DNA of 64,000 nt from Pedobacter sp. (GCA_050253415.1 JBFWJC010000001.1:1695660-1759659); one strand, 5' to 3'. Shown: positions 50,757 to 60,257, counted from the stretch's first letter. The notes: generated by a model not told the origin, from the letters alone. Made by a program: numbers and translations.

Positions 50757-52028
50757 ATGGCTCTTCGATTCATTCATACAGCGGATATTCATCTGGGCAA
50801 GACCTACCGTCATTCCCCGGGACAGGCCGAGCGCAGCGAAGATTTCTTCCGTTGCCTGGCGGGCATCGTGGATGACGCACTGCGCGAAAAGGTTGATTTT
50901 GTGCTCATCGGCGGCGATCTGTTTCATACCGGGCAGATCCTGCCACGAACCTTTGCGCGTACCATAGAGATTCTGCAGCCCCTCAAAGATGCCGCCATCC
51001 CCTGTGTTGCCGTGGAAGGCAACCATGACTGGATTCACCGGCGTGACAGTATCTCATGGATGGAGGCCCTTTCGCAGATGGGCTATATCTGCCTGTTGCG
51101 GCCGTCGCGTACCGAGGATGGCGGGTATGTGTTCGAGCCGTTCGATAGAGGGGAGGGCAGCGGCGGGCACCTGGTCCTCGGCGATTTGAATATTTATGGG
51201 CTCGGTTATATCGGGGCGCAGGCCGGTCATCACGTGCCGCGTATTTGCGAAGCGGTGACCACCGACAACAACCTGCTGTTGTTTCACGTCGGCATCTGGA
51301 CGTTTTCGCCGGTGGAAATAGGCAACATGAAACCGGAAGAGGCGCTGCCGTTGGCGGAACGTTTCGGTTATGTGGCTCTCGGCCATGGCCACAAACCCTA
51401 TCTGGTGACAACGCCGGAAGGGCGTGCTTACGGATTCAACCCCGGTTCGCCTGAGCGGGTCAATTTCGGGGAACAGAAATACGACAAAGGCTATTACCTG
51501 GTCAGCATGGAAGACGGTCATTTCAGTCATAGCTTTTGTGCTACGGATCCCCGCCCCATGCATGCGGTGGTTGTCGATCTCGATGGCGCACCCGATGCCG
51601 AAACGGCCCTGGACAATTTCCGCAGACAATTGGCCGATTTGCCGGATGCCGGCGATGATGACCGCCGTCCGCTGATCGATCTCAAGCTCGTCGGCAGGGT
51701 GGCGTTTCATCCCTTTGAACTTGGCCGCGAGCGGCTGCGCACGGTATTGGACGAAGTGTGCCGTCCCCTGCATGCGGAAATCCGCAATCATCTGTCCCTT
51801 ATCACTCGTGGCAGCGACGGCGAATCTTCCAAAAAGAGTCTCGCGGAGATCGAAAAAGAGGTGCTGCATGAACTGGTAGGCGCCAACAGCGACTACAAGG
51901 ATCGACAGGATGAGCTCGTCGCACTGTCCCTGGCGATCCGCGATCTGGTATTAAAAGGCGAGGTGGAGGATGAGGAGTTATTGACCGTCCTGACCAAAAA
52001 CCTGACCCCGACTGCAGGTCAATCCTGA
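50757..52028 (+). CDS. sbcD: SbcD/Mre11 nuclease
   Basis: HTADIHLG, GGDLF, GNHD, LGHGH, PGSPE metallophosphoesterase motifs. Confidence 0.9.
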   Translation: MALRFIHTADIHLGKTYRHSPGQAERSEDFFRCLAGIVDDALREKVDFVLIGGDLFHTGQILPRTFARTIEILQPLKDAAIPCVAVEGNHDWIHRRDSISWMEALSQMGYICLLRPSRTEDGGYVFEPFDRGEGSGGHLVLGDLNIYGLGYIGAQAGHHVPRICEAVTTDNNLLLFHVGIWTFSPVEIGNMKPEEALPLAERFGYVALGHGHKPYLVTTPEGRAYGFNPGSPERVNFGEQKYDKGYYLVSMEDGHFSHSFCATDPRPMHAVVVDLDGAPDAETALDNFRRQLADLPDAGDDDRRPLIDLKLVGRVAFHPFELGRERLRTVLDEVCRPLHAEIRNHLSLITRGSDGESSKKSLAEIEKEVLHELVGANSDYKDRQDELVALSLAIRDLVLKGEVEDEELLTVLTKNLTPTAGQS

Positions 52029-52068
52029 CATACCGAAGTCCATGCTCCGGCTCTCACAGGTGAAAAAT

Positions 52069-54513
52069 ATGATTCAAATCCTGTCCATCCATCTGAAAAA
52101 CATCAAATCCCATCGCGACACAACCCTGGCCTTTTCGGCTGGCATCAATGTCCTGTCCGGTCCAAACGGGGTTGGCAAAAGTACCGTGTTCGAGGCCATC
52201 GGCTATGCCTTGTTCGGAGTTGATGCGCGGGATTTTGTTTCCAACATCGAGCGTTTTTTGTCTATCGGCGCAAAACGTGGCGAAGTATCGGTCACCTTTC
52301 AAATTGACGATGACACACGTTGGCGGGTATCGCGCACGGTCGGGGGCGGCGTCAAGTGGCTGCTGGCCAAAGAAATCGGAGGCCAGTTCGAAGTCGAGGA
52401 GCATGCCAACATCAGGGAGACCGAGTTGCGGCTGGCCGAATTGCTGGGGCTGGCCAACGGACGCCCCCTGGCCGAGCAGTTCAAGCTGGTTATCGGACCC
52501 TTCCAGAACGAATTCCTCGGCCCGTTTGTCATCAAGCAGGCGACCAAGCGACAGGATGCTTTCGATGAGATACTCGGCATCGATGCGTGGCGCAAGACCT
52601 TCAAGGGCACCAGCGGCCTGCTGGGCGCTGTGCAGCACCGGATCGAATTGCTTGCCGCCGATGTGGCAGGTAAACAGGAACAGGTTGCCGTATTGCCGGA
52701 CAGGGAAAAAGAATTCGCTGCGTTGCAGCTTGAGGTTGGCACACAACGACAACTTCTGGAGGGGAAAAGGCAGCGGTTGGCAGAGGCCTCACGTCGGTTG
52801 ACCGAACTGGATAAGCAGGAAAATGCTCTGCGCACGGCCACCACAGAGGTGCAGGAGCTTGATATTCGTATAAAAAACGGTGACGAAAAAGTGGCGGAGC
52901 AGGGCCTGAGAGTCAAACAGGCCGAAACGGCCCTGGCGGTGATGGAGCAGAATCGGGCCGGCAAGGATGCTTTTGAAAAGGCCGATACCGCTCTCAAGGC
53001 CTTGCGCGAGCAAGAGCGGGCGTGCCGCGCTCTGGAGCAGGAAATCGTCAAACTGGAAAAGGGCAGTCTTGAGCTTGATCAAAAGCTTACCCACGAATGT
53101 GGCGAAGTGGAAAAAACCCGGCAGGATCTGGATGCGGAGCAGCTACGGATGCATGCCACGCGCAAAGAATTGCAGCCCGATGCGCAGCTGTTGGAAGCTG
53201 CCGCCCGTCTGCAATCGCTACGGAGCGAAGGCGAGGCGCTGCGTTCCCGGCGCGGGTTGCTGGATGGGCGCCGGGCCGCATTGGTCGAAGGGCAGCACAA
53301 GCTCGCCGAAGGGGTGTGCCCGTTTTTTATGGAGGCTTGCCAAAATATTGCCGGACAGCAGCCGCGCGATGTGTTCAGTCATAAGATCGAAGATCTTGAC
53401 AAGCAAGTCGCCGATCTCGACCTCCAGAGCGAAAAGATCGCCGACCATATCGCTTCCGCAGAAAAGGCTCAACAGTCCCTCGATGCGTTGAAAGTGCGCG
53501 GGACAGAATTGGACAAACAGCAACAGCAGCTTGATGTGCGTCGTAAAAAGAATGCCGACCGTGCTGGAGGACTCACAACCTTGCAAGCCCAGCAGGCCGA
53601 AGCTGCGGCGAAGCTTGCAGAGCGTAAACATAAGCTTGAGGCGTTTGCCGGACTGGAAGAGTCGCTTCGCAGCGCCGAGCAGCAAAGGGCTGCTTTTCAA
53701 GCTGCAAGGGATACCTTTTTCGCCCATTCCAAAGATGCCGGGGAACTGGGGGAGCGCCAGCAGAAGCTGGTCACGTGGCAGCAGGCCCTCTATGCACTGA
53801 AAACAAAGCGAATCACGGCCGCCGAAATCCTATCCCAATGTCAAAAAGCCTACGATGCCGCTCGGCACCAGACCGAACGGCAGGCCAAAGAACAACTCTT
53901 GGGCGAGATTGCGGGATTGGAGCAGCGCATCAAAGGGCTGGAAAAGGATGGCGAACGGCTTGCGGCAGATATCGCCCGCCTCAAACAGCTTGCACAGGAA
54001 ATGGCCGTTAAGCTGGCCGAAAAGAAACATTTTGAAGAGCAGGAGATCCTTGTCAAATACCTGCGTAATCGGGTGTTTAAAAACGTCTCGACCCAGCTAT
54101 CCGAACGTTTCCGTGAGGAGATCACCCAGCGGGCCGATCGCATCTATCGCACCATCGCCGAAGGGGACGAAGAACTGATCTGGGGGGAAAATTACCAGGT
54201 GGTGCTGCGCGACATGGCTGATGGGCAGCTGCGCGAACGCACCGACGATCAACTCTCCGGCGGTCAAATGATGAGCGCAGTGGTGGCCCTGCGCTTGGCC
54301 CTGCTGCAGACCATCGGTGCGCGGGTGGCCTTCTTCGACGAGCCGACCTCCAATCTCGATGCGTCGCGCCGTGAAAACCTCGCCAAAGCTTTCCGCGCCA
54401 TCGATGTCGGCCGCGAAGAAGTCACCGAGCACTGGTACGACCAATTGTTCCTGGTCAGCCACGATGTAGCCTTTACCGAGATTACCGACCAGATGATCCC
54501 GTTGGGGGAATGA
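52069..54513 (+). CDS. sbcC: SbcC/Rad50 SMC-family ATPase
   Basis: GPNGVGKS, long coiled coil with central CPFFMEAC, LSGGQ, FFDEPTSNLD, VSHD. Confidence 0.9.
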   Translation: MIQILSIHLKNIKSHRDTTLAFSAGINVLSGPNGVGKSTVFEAIGYALFGVDARDFVSNIERFLSIGAKRGEVSVTFQIDDDTRWRVSRTVGGGVKWLLAKEIGGQFEVEEHANIRETELRLAELLGLANGRPLAEQFKLVIGPFQNEFLGPFVIKQATKRQDAFDEILGIDAWRKTFKGTSGLLGAVQHRIELLAADVAGKQEQVAVLPDREKEFAALQLEVGTQRQLLEGKRQRLAEASRRLTELDKQENALRTATTEVQELDIRIKNGDEKVAEQGLRVKQAETALAVMEQNRAGKDAFEKADTALKALREQERACRALEQEIVKLEKGSLELDQKLTHECGEVEKTRQDLDAEQLRMHATRKELQPDAQLLEAAARLQSLRSEGEALRSRRGLLDGRRAALVEGQHKLAEGVCPFFMEACQNIAGQQPRDVFSHKIEDLDKQVADLDLQSEKIADHIASAEKAQQSLDALKVRGTELDKQQQQLDVRRKKNADRAGGLTTLQAQQAEAAAKLAERKHKLEAFAGLEESLRSAEQQRAAFQAARDTFFAHSKDAGELGERQQKLVTWQQALYALKTKRITAAEILSQCQKAYDAARHQTERQAKEQLLGEIAGLEQRIKGLEKDGERLAADIARLKQLAQEMAVKLAEKKHFEEQEILVKYLRNRVFKNVSTQLSERFREEITQRADRIYRTIAEGDEELIWGENYQVVLRDMADGQLRERTDDQLSGGQMMSAVVALRLALLQTIGARVAFFDEPTSNLDASRRENLAKAFRAIDVGREEVTEHWYDQLFLVSHDVAFTEITDQMIPLGE

Positions 54514-54630
54514 TCCATACGCTATGTGGCAAATCTTCGGGGTGTGGATGATCGCAACGTAAGAATATTCAGGTTGATCGAACCCTGTATTCTGGTTGCA
54601 GGCTGGTGGTGTGGGATCGGGAGATGTGAT

Positions 54631-55632
54631 TTATTGCTGCCCAAGGCAATCCAGGGGACTGGCCACCGCATTGATATCCTTGGCCATGACGTGCGTGTAG
54701 ATCTCGGTGGTTTTGACGTCGGCATGCCCCATTAGTTCCTGTACCACTCGGATGTTAACGCCGTTCTCCAGCAAGTGGGTTGCGAAAGAATGTCGGAAGG
54801 TGTGACAGCCGACTCTTTTGTGGATTTGGGCGCGGGTTACGGCTATCTTCACCGCTTTTTGCAACCCCGACTCAAGCACATGGTGGCGACGCATGATCCC
54901 TGATCGGGGATCGGTACTCAATTGTTTAGACGGAAAAACGTATTGCCAGCCGAATTCCTTCGAAGCATGGGGGTATTTCTTGTCCAAAGCGTTGGGGAGA
55001 TAAACATTTCCGTATCCTTCATCCAGATCCTGATCATGAAGCTGCTTAACCTTGGTCATATGCGCCTGCAAGCCACTTTTTATTGTAGCCGGAAAAATAG
55101 TGGTTCGGTCTTTGCCCCCCTTGCCATCCCGCACATAAATAAGATTCCTTTCGAAATCAAGATCCTGAACGCGCAACCGTACAGATTCCATTAGCCTTAA
55201 ACCGCCCCCATATAATAGCTGAGCCATGAGCAAATGAACGCCGGACATCTGTGTCAGCACCCTTTGAACCTCGGCCTGGCTCATGACAACAGGCGGACGT
55301 CGTTGCTTTTGAGCCCTGATATGTTCGATGAGTTCTTCAACCGGCTGATCGAGTACATGCTTGTACAGGAAAATGATAGCGTTCAATGCCTGACGCTGGG
55401 TGGATGCAGCTACCTTTCCCTCTACTGCCAAATGACTCAGGAAAGCTTCTATTTCAAGTTTTCCCATATCTTTTGGGTGTCGTTTGGCATTGAAAAAGCG
55501 GATATAGCGCACAATCCAGTAGCAGTAGGTTGTCTCGGTGCGGTAGGCATAATGGTGATAACGCAGCACCTGGCGAACCTGCTCCATGAGTTTTAATTCA
55601 GGACTTGGCCGAAACTTTGTGTTGTTTTTCAT
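54631..55632 (-). CDS. intI: Integron integrase (tyrosine recombinase)
   Basis: [36 protein letters not shown], plus the integron-specific insert [17 protein letters not shown]; divergent from the cassette array. Confidence 0.97.
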   Translation of the reverse strand: MKNNTKFRPSPELKLMEQVRQVLRYHHYAYRTETTYCYWIVRYIRFFNAKRHPKDMGKLEIEAFLSHLAVEGKVAASTQRQALNAIIFLYKHVLDQPVEELIEHIRAQKQRRPPVVMSQAEVQRVLTQMSGVHLLMAQLLYGGGLRLMESVRLRVQDLDFERNLIYVRDGKGGKDRTTIFPATIKSGLQAHMTKVKQLHDQDLDEGYGNVYLPNALDKKYPHASKEFGWQYVFPSKQLSTDPRSGIMRRHHVLESGLQKAVKIAVTRAQIHKRVGCHTFRHSFATHLLENGVNIRVVQELMGHADVKTTEIYTHVMAKDINAVASPLDCLGQQ

Positions 55633-55640
55633 AAGAAAAA

Positions 55641-55669
55641 TTTATATTATCGGCGGGTGGAAAAATCAA
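55641..55669 (-). promoter_or_regulatory. Putative Pint, TTGATT-N17-TATAAA
   Basis: The -10 box ends 8 bp before the intI ATG; no SD sequence present. Confidence 0.55.
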
Positions 55670-55710
55670 GGGGATATTTTCCACTTTTACCCCTTTAATA
55701 ATTCAATAAG

Positions 55711-55776
55711 TGGAAAATTTTCCATGCTATAGGGGTGATATGACGGAAAATTTTCCATTTATCAACACTGTTGGAC
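55711..55776 (+). other. attI site (crossover G|TTGGAC at 55770/55771)
   Basis: Identity to the duplicate cassette at 59868 begins exactly at this GTT; preceded by two GGAAAATTTTCC palindromic repeats. Left boundary approximate. Confidence 0.85.
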
Positions 55777-55784
55777 GTAGTCAA

Positions 55785-56153
55785 ATGAAACTAAGCTCCC
55801 TAGTGGCTTTACTGGAAAACCGAATAAGTTCTTCGGAATTTCGTTGCTCAATTGCCTCTGATGTTGCTGAGTACTTGGAAAAGGCAAACACTCCAGGTTC
55901 TGTCATGCCAGTGAGAGTGACTGAAGATTTAGAGATAGCGTTGACGATTGAAAGCATTAAAGGCCTTTGCAGACTCTTCATAAATGCTCAACTGAAATCC
56001 GAGGAGTTAGCCTTTATTGCCGACGCCTTGCAACTGTCAGACAGTGTTAATTTCGACGAGGGTATATCTGAGTTCCTGGCCTCAATGACAGACCCAGAAA
56101 TAAATGGACCATTTACGGTCGATGATGCAAAGAAGATTCTTAGTGGTGCATAG
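55785..56153 (+). CDS. Cassette 1: hypothetical protein (122 aa), copy of cassette 8
   Basis: ORF fills cassette 55771-56268. Confidence 0.85.
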   Translation: MKLSSLVALLENRISSSEFRCSIASDVAEYLEKANTPGSVMPVRVTEDLEIALTIESIKGLCRLFINAQLKSEELAFIADALQLSDSVNFDEGISEFLASMTDPEINGPFTVDDAKKILSGA

Positions 56154-56159
56154 AGTTAC

Positions 56160-56274
56160 GCCCAACCAGCAAATCAAGCGGATGGAATGGGGCTGGGTGC
56201 TTCCCTAAAAACAAAATCAAACTGCGGTAGTAGGCCGAAACTTCGCGTTGCCACCGCTTATCACGACGTTAGAA
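56160..56274 (+). repeat. attC1 (115 bp, family A)
   Basis: GCCCAAC..ATCAAGCGGATGG..CCACCGCTTAT..GTTAGAA. Confidence 0.9.
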
Positions 56275-56298
56275 TTGGATAAAATATATGGAGGCATT

Positions 56299-56589
56299 AT
56301 GAATGCAAAACAATATGTTGAAATTATAAAAACTGTTGCAGAAGAAAACGATCTTGAAATAGACGGTTCTGATAAAGAATTTTCAATCGATGTTAACAAA
56401 TTTCATCACGTAGCATATTTAGTTAAAGAAAACAGCTCCGGTTATCTTCAAATACATCAATGGGAAAATGTCAATGAAAGTGAGAATGGAGAATGGGGAC
56501 GAGCAGTCTATTCTTTAAGGTGTCTGTCTGATGTAATTCAATTTTGTTCTATCTTACTAAGTAGCACTCAAATCTATGCAAGAAGATAA
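56299..56589 (+). CDS. Cassette 2: hypothetical protein (96 aa)
   Basis: GGAGG RBS before ATG 56299. Confidence 0.8.
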   Translation: MNAKQYVEIIKTVAEENDLEIDGSDKEFSIDVNKFHHVAYLVKENSSGYLQIHQWENVNESENGEWGRAVYSLRCLSDVIQFCSILLSSTQIYARR

Positions 56590-56598
56590 ACCAAAAAA

Positions 56599-56677
56599 TT
56601 CTAACCAGTCGTTTCACACCGTTCCGCTGCGCTCCACTCGGACTCGCTGAAGCTCGCCGGTGAACTAAACGTTGAGC
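56599..56677 (+). repeat. attC2 (79 bp)
   Basis: TTCTAAC..TTTCACACCG..CGGTGAA..GTTGAGC. Confidence 0.85.
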
Positions 56678-56682
56678 AGGAA

Positions 56683-57138
56683 ATGGTTCGTTCTGTCTTA
56701 ATAATATTATTAATTTGTTTTATTTCGGCAACTGTTGGGTGTATGCCCCTGAAACAGCAAGAAACAGTTGCCAAGAGCAACAATTACTTTTTTGCTTCAT
56801 ATATGGGTGGCTACCTTTTAATAGGCTTTGGAGGCGACTTAGCTGAGAAGAATTATGAGCTTATTGATGAGAAATCTCAGGTTATTGGGCCGAATAATAA
56901 GAGGTACTCAGTTATTCATCAGAAACACCCATATGATGTTGAGCGGGGTTCACGAAACCCAAGGGTTCAACTACGTATCAAAAACTCTAGGGGGAAAACC
57001 ATCCGCTTTTGGGGTAATGGGATTTGGCAGTTGTCACTAGTTGCAAAAGATAGGAATGGTCAACAGAAAAGTTTTGAACAGGAATTTGAACTTTGGACAT
57101 TTTACTATAGTCCATTTATTCATGGGGCGCCAAACTAA
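56683..57138 (+). CDS. Cassette 3: putative lipoprotein
   Basis: Hydrophobic N-terminus with lipobox TVGC. Confidence 0.75.
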   Translation: MVRSVLIILLICFISATVGCMPLKQQETVAKSNNYFFASYMGGYLLIGFGGDLAEKNYELIDEKSQVIGPNNKRYSVIHQKHPYDVERGSRNPRVQLRIKNSRGKTIRFWGNGIWQLSLVAKDRNGQQKSFEQEFELWTFYYSPFIHGAPN

Positions 57139-57141
57139 GCT

Positions 57142-57214
57142 GCCCAACAAAGGGCTCCAGCGGATTTGCTACATGCTGCGCATTCCGCAAACGCGCTGAG
57201 CCCAAACGTTAAAA
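57142..57214 (+). repeat. attC3 (73 bp, family C)
   Basis: GCCCAAC..GGGCTCCAGCGGATTTGC..GCAAACGCGCTGAGCCC..GTTAAAA. Confidence 0.9.
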
Positions 57215-57230
57215 GTATGGGAGGTTTCCG

Positions 57231-57545
57231 GTGAATCGATGGAAGGTCGCCTTTTTCACTTGCTTAGTTTTTTTAATTCTAAGCAATCTGCTTTTTGTCT
57301 ACAGCATAATTGATCAAGGCGTCTCTTACACGTATTTAGAGGTCTCTTTTGACGAGCAACTTCATGCAAATGAGGTTCTTGGCAATTTAATCGTCAGGGG
57401 CGGGGAGAATTACTCACAAAAAGATCTTTTGCATTTGTTACGGCAAGCATATCCAAATGAGTTTATCGTGGAAAAGGACAACCGAATTTCAATGGGGCCT
57501 AATTCGTTTGAGTTTAAAAATGATCGATTGATCAAAGTGAGGTAG
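57231..57545 (+). CDS. Cassette 4: Imm58-like putative immunity protein
   Basis: MNRWKVAFF-TM-IIDQGVSYTY pattern recalled from Imm58; GGAGG RBS, GTG start. Family call tentative. Confidence 0.55.
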   Translation: MNRWKVAFFTCLVFLILSNLLFVYSIIDQGVSYTYLEVSFDEQLHANEVLGNLIVRGGENYSQKDLLHLLRQAYPNEFIVEKDNRISMGPNSFEFKNDRLIKVR

Positions 57546-57552
57546 TGTCAGA

Positions 57553-57656
57553 TTTTAACAATCAGGTCAACCGGACTGATGATACATGGGTGATTCCCGT
57601 GAAGGTCTTTACTAAATCGTTACGGCACGACTCAGCCGGTTACCACCACGTTATGC
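57553..57656 (+). repeat. attC4 (104 bp, family B)
   Basis: TTTTAAC..GGTCAACCGGACTG..CAGCCGGTTACC..GTTATGC. Confidence 0.9.
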
Positions 57657-57665
57657 TCTTAGAAA

Positions 57666-58643
57666 ATGGACTTTCATCCTATGCTGGAATTAACTATCCC
57701 ACTGAAAGAGTCGTTTAATAAATCGGCACTTGATGACTTGACCTTATGGTTCAAAGAGCACCCGAGCAATGCTTCCTGGTATGTAATATCAGATTATTGT
57801 TTTGGCGACGAAACGAAGAAAAATGATGCTGTCTGTTTTTCAATCCTGCTAAATCATGACAAAATTGCCAACATCAAAGAATATATCAATCATTTCGCTC
57901 CAAAAGACATAAAGTCAACTAGAAGCGTTTCACCTGAATTCTTACGGTACATAAATTCACCCGTAATTTTCAATGTGACATTTCTGTTTGAACGTGACTC
58001 TAAACTCCTTAAAGAATATTCAACAAAAAAGAATATGGAAAATTTTCTTCCTGCCTTCAAAAGTTTCGTTCAACAAATTGATAAAAACTCTTCGTTTGAA
58101 GAAGGGTACGTTGATTCGGTTCTGAAAAGAGTAAATACTTTTGAAAATGACTTTAAGAAAAATAATTTCAACAAAAAACTATCAAGGCATATCTATTACG
58201 TCGCCACATTCGCAAGTTTAATTTTTCACTACTTAACAATAGTAAAATCCCCGACACATATTCAGTGGGTCTCGGATAGGGATGCACTTTCATGGAGATA
58301 CGATGGTTTTGTGTACGACTTAGCTTATTTCATGTTTTTAAGTGAATATAGCAGTGAACTTTTAAAAAATGACTCGACTGAAAAAACCATCTTGAACAAG
58401 CCAAAATTTATTTTCCCAATCCCTGAAAAGTCCGGTGATAATTTTTATGATGAGCTTGTTAGATTGCCTGATTATTTAGTTGGTACACTGGCTGACTTAA
58501 ATATTGAAAACAATGAATTTTCAAAAGATAAATATTACACAATTCTCTATTATTCATTGCTGAATTCGAAAAATCACGCTGTATTTCAGCTATATGGAAA
58601 TGGTGAAAAACTATCTACCAGACGCTTGGCATTCAAAGCATAA
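57666..58643 (+). CDS. Cassette 5: AT-rich hypothetical protein (325 aa)
   Basis: Largest cassette ORF; stop codon lies inside the attC inverse core GCATAAC. Confidence 0.85.
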   Translation: MDFHPMLELTIPLKESFNKSALDDLTLWFKEHPSNASWYVISDYCFGDETKKNDAVCFSILLNHDKIANIKEYINHFAPKDIKSTRSVSPEFLRYINSPVIFNVTFLFERDSKLLKEYSTKKNMENFLPAFKSFVQQIDKNSSFEEGYVDSVLKRVNTFENDFKKNNFNKKLSRHIYYVATFASLIFHYLTIVKSPTHIQWVSDRDALSWRYDGFVYDLAYFMFLSEYSSELLKNDSTEKTILNKPKFIFPIPEKSGDNFYDELVRLPDYLVGTLADLNIENNEFSKDKYYTILYYSLLNSKNHAVFQLYGNGEKLSTRRLAFKA

Positions 58644-58752
58644 CAAAGCAATCAAGCGGATGGAAATAACTGTGTGCTTCCCGAAAAGCAAAAACAAATT
58701 GCGGTAGTAGGCCGAACTGTCTCGTCGCCACCGCTTATCACGACCGTTGGGC
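58638..58752 (+). repeat. attC5 (115 bp, family A)
   Basis: GCATAAC..ATCAAGCGGATGG..CCACCGCTTAT..GTTGGGC. Confidence 0.9.
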
Positions 58753-58761
58753 CACACGATC

Positions 58762-59214
58762 ATGAAACTTATTTGTGCTTTACTTATGGTGATGGCATCA
58801 AGCACTTGCTTTGCCGCCATTACAAACCTGCCGTCCCAGCAATGCCAATTGCTGGAAGACTCGTCGCGTTTTCGTCCTATAACAAAGCTACCGCCTTCAA
58901 TAGTCGCGCTTTGTGCGGACGGTAACGGAAGACTGGCTCAGCCAGGCGGGAAATGGGAGCCGACGGATGTTATCTCTGACGCATCGCTTCCATGGAAACG
59001 TCTCATTTGGGCAGCGAAAACAGAAAACTATTACGTCGTGCACTACGAGCGTGGTGGGCGCGGCCATAGCTACCATATCCTAGTTGCTACTATGGAGAAT
59101 GGTGAGGCAAAAGCTATTTGGCGTGCAGTGGGGGATCCATTTCAGAATTATGCAGAGTTTGTCAAGGGGTTGCACACTGAAGCCCTGGCCGACGACGTTC
59201 GCTATGCGTACTGA
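58762..59214 (+). CDS. Cassette 6: exported hypothetical protein
   Basis: MKLICALLMVMASSTCFA signal peptide; HYERGGRGHSYH motif. Confidence 0.8.
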   Translation: MKLICALLMVMASSTCFAAITNLPSQQCQLLEDSSRFRPITKLPPSIVALCADGNGRLAQPGGKWEPTDVISDASLPWKRLIWAAKTENYYVVHYERGGRGHSYHILVATMENGEAKAIWRAVGDPFQNYAEFVKGLHTEALADDVRYAY

Positions 59215-59217
59215 GGT

Positions 59218-59321
59218 GCCCAACAATCAAGTAGACCGGACTGGTGATACAGGGGCGGTTCTCGTAAAGGTCTCTACTAATTCGAACCGGCACGACGCAG
59301 CCGGTCACCAAAACGTTGTGC
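59218..59321 (+). repeat. attC6 (104 bp, family B variant)
   Basis: GCCCAAC..GTAGACCGGACTG..CAGCCGGTCAC..GTTGTGC. Confidence 0.88.
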
Positions 59322-59340
59322 ACCAAGAAGGAGAGCGTAA

Positions 59341-59769
59341 ATGGAGTTAAGTGAATTCGTTAATCAGTCGCTCACTCAAATTGTAAAAGGAGTAAAGGCC
59401 TCCCAAGATGAGATTAGAAATCAAGGAGGCTTTGCAAATCCTGCGGTATTTACGAGCGCACATGGGCAAGCAAGTGCAACTCATTTTGGGGCAGTAGAAA
59501 ACGGCCAAAATGTCCTGTTAGTCGATTTTGACGTCGCAGTAACTGTGACTGATGCAACCGAGGGCGGTGCCGGTGGTAAGTTGTCTGTTGCCTCATTGTT
59601 TAAGCTTGAAGCCGGCGGCAAAAGAAATTCAATTAACGAATCAACAAGTCGAATTAAATTTAAAGTACCTCTTGCCCTACCAGTTGACATTCACACAAAA
59701 CGGACTCTTGACCGTCAGGTAGCTTCTCAACAACATGAGGCTGAGAGAATTTACGATCCGCTTGAATGA
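59341..59769 (+). CDS. Cassette 7: hypothetical protein, Trypco2-like
   Basis: MELSEFV..QIVKGV, VDFDVAVT..GGKLSV..SRIKFKVP; AAGGAG RBS. Family call tentative. Confidence 0.6.
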   Translation: MELSEFVNQSLTQIVKGVKASQDEIRNQGGFANPAVFTSAHGQASATHFGAVENGQNVLLVDFDVAVTVTDATEGGAGGKLSVASLFKLEAGGKRNSINESTSRIKFKVPLALPVDIHTKRTLDRQVASQQHEAERIYDPLE

Positions 59770-59770
59770 G

Positions 59771-59874
59771 GCACAACCAAATAATCAACCGGACTGGTGA
59801 TACAGTGGCGCTTCCCGAAAAGGTTTCTACTAAATAGAGCCGAACTTTTGCAGCCGGTTATCAAAACGTTGGAC
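59771..59874 (+). repeat. attC7 (104 bp, family B)
   Basis: GCACAAC..ATCAACCGGACTG..CAGCCGGTTAT..GTTGGAC. Confidence 0.9.
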
Positions 59875-59882
59875 GTAGTCAA

Positions 59883-60251
59883 ATGAAACTAAGCTCCCTA
59901 GTGGCTTTACTGGAAAACCGAATAAGTTCTTCGGAATTTCGTTGCTCAATTGCCTCTGATGTTGCTGAGTACTTGGAAAAGGCAAACACTCCAGGTTCTG
60001 TCATGCCAGTGAGAGTGACTGAAGATTTAGAGATAGCGTTGACGATTGAAAGCATTAAAGGCCTTTGCAGACTCTTCATAAATGCTCAACTGAAATCCGA
60101 GGAGTTAGCCTTTATTGCCGACGCCTTGCAACTGTCAGACAGTGTTAATTTCGACGAGGGTATATCTGAGTTCCTGGCCTCAATGACAGACCCAGAAATA
60201 AATGGACCATTTACGGTCGATGATGCAAAGAAGATTCTTAGTGGTGCATAG
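59883..60251 (+). CDS. Cassette 8: hypothetical protein identical to cassette 1
   Basis: Same 122-aa translation; offset 4098 bp. Confidence 0.9.
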   Translation: MKLSSLVALLENRISSSEFRCSIASDVAEYLEKANTPGSVMPVRVTEDLEIALTIESIKGLCRLFINAQLKSEELAFIADALQLSDSVNFDEGISEFLASMTDPEINGPFTVDDAKKILSGA

Positions 60252-60257
60252 AGTTAC

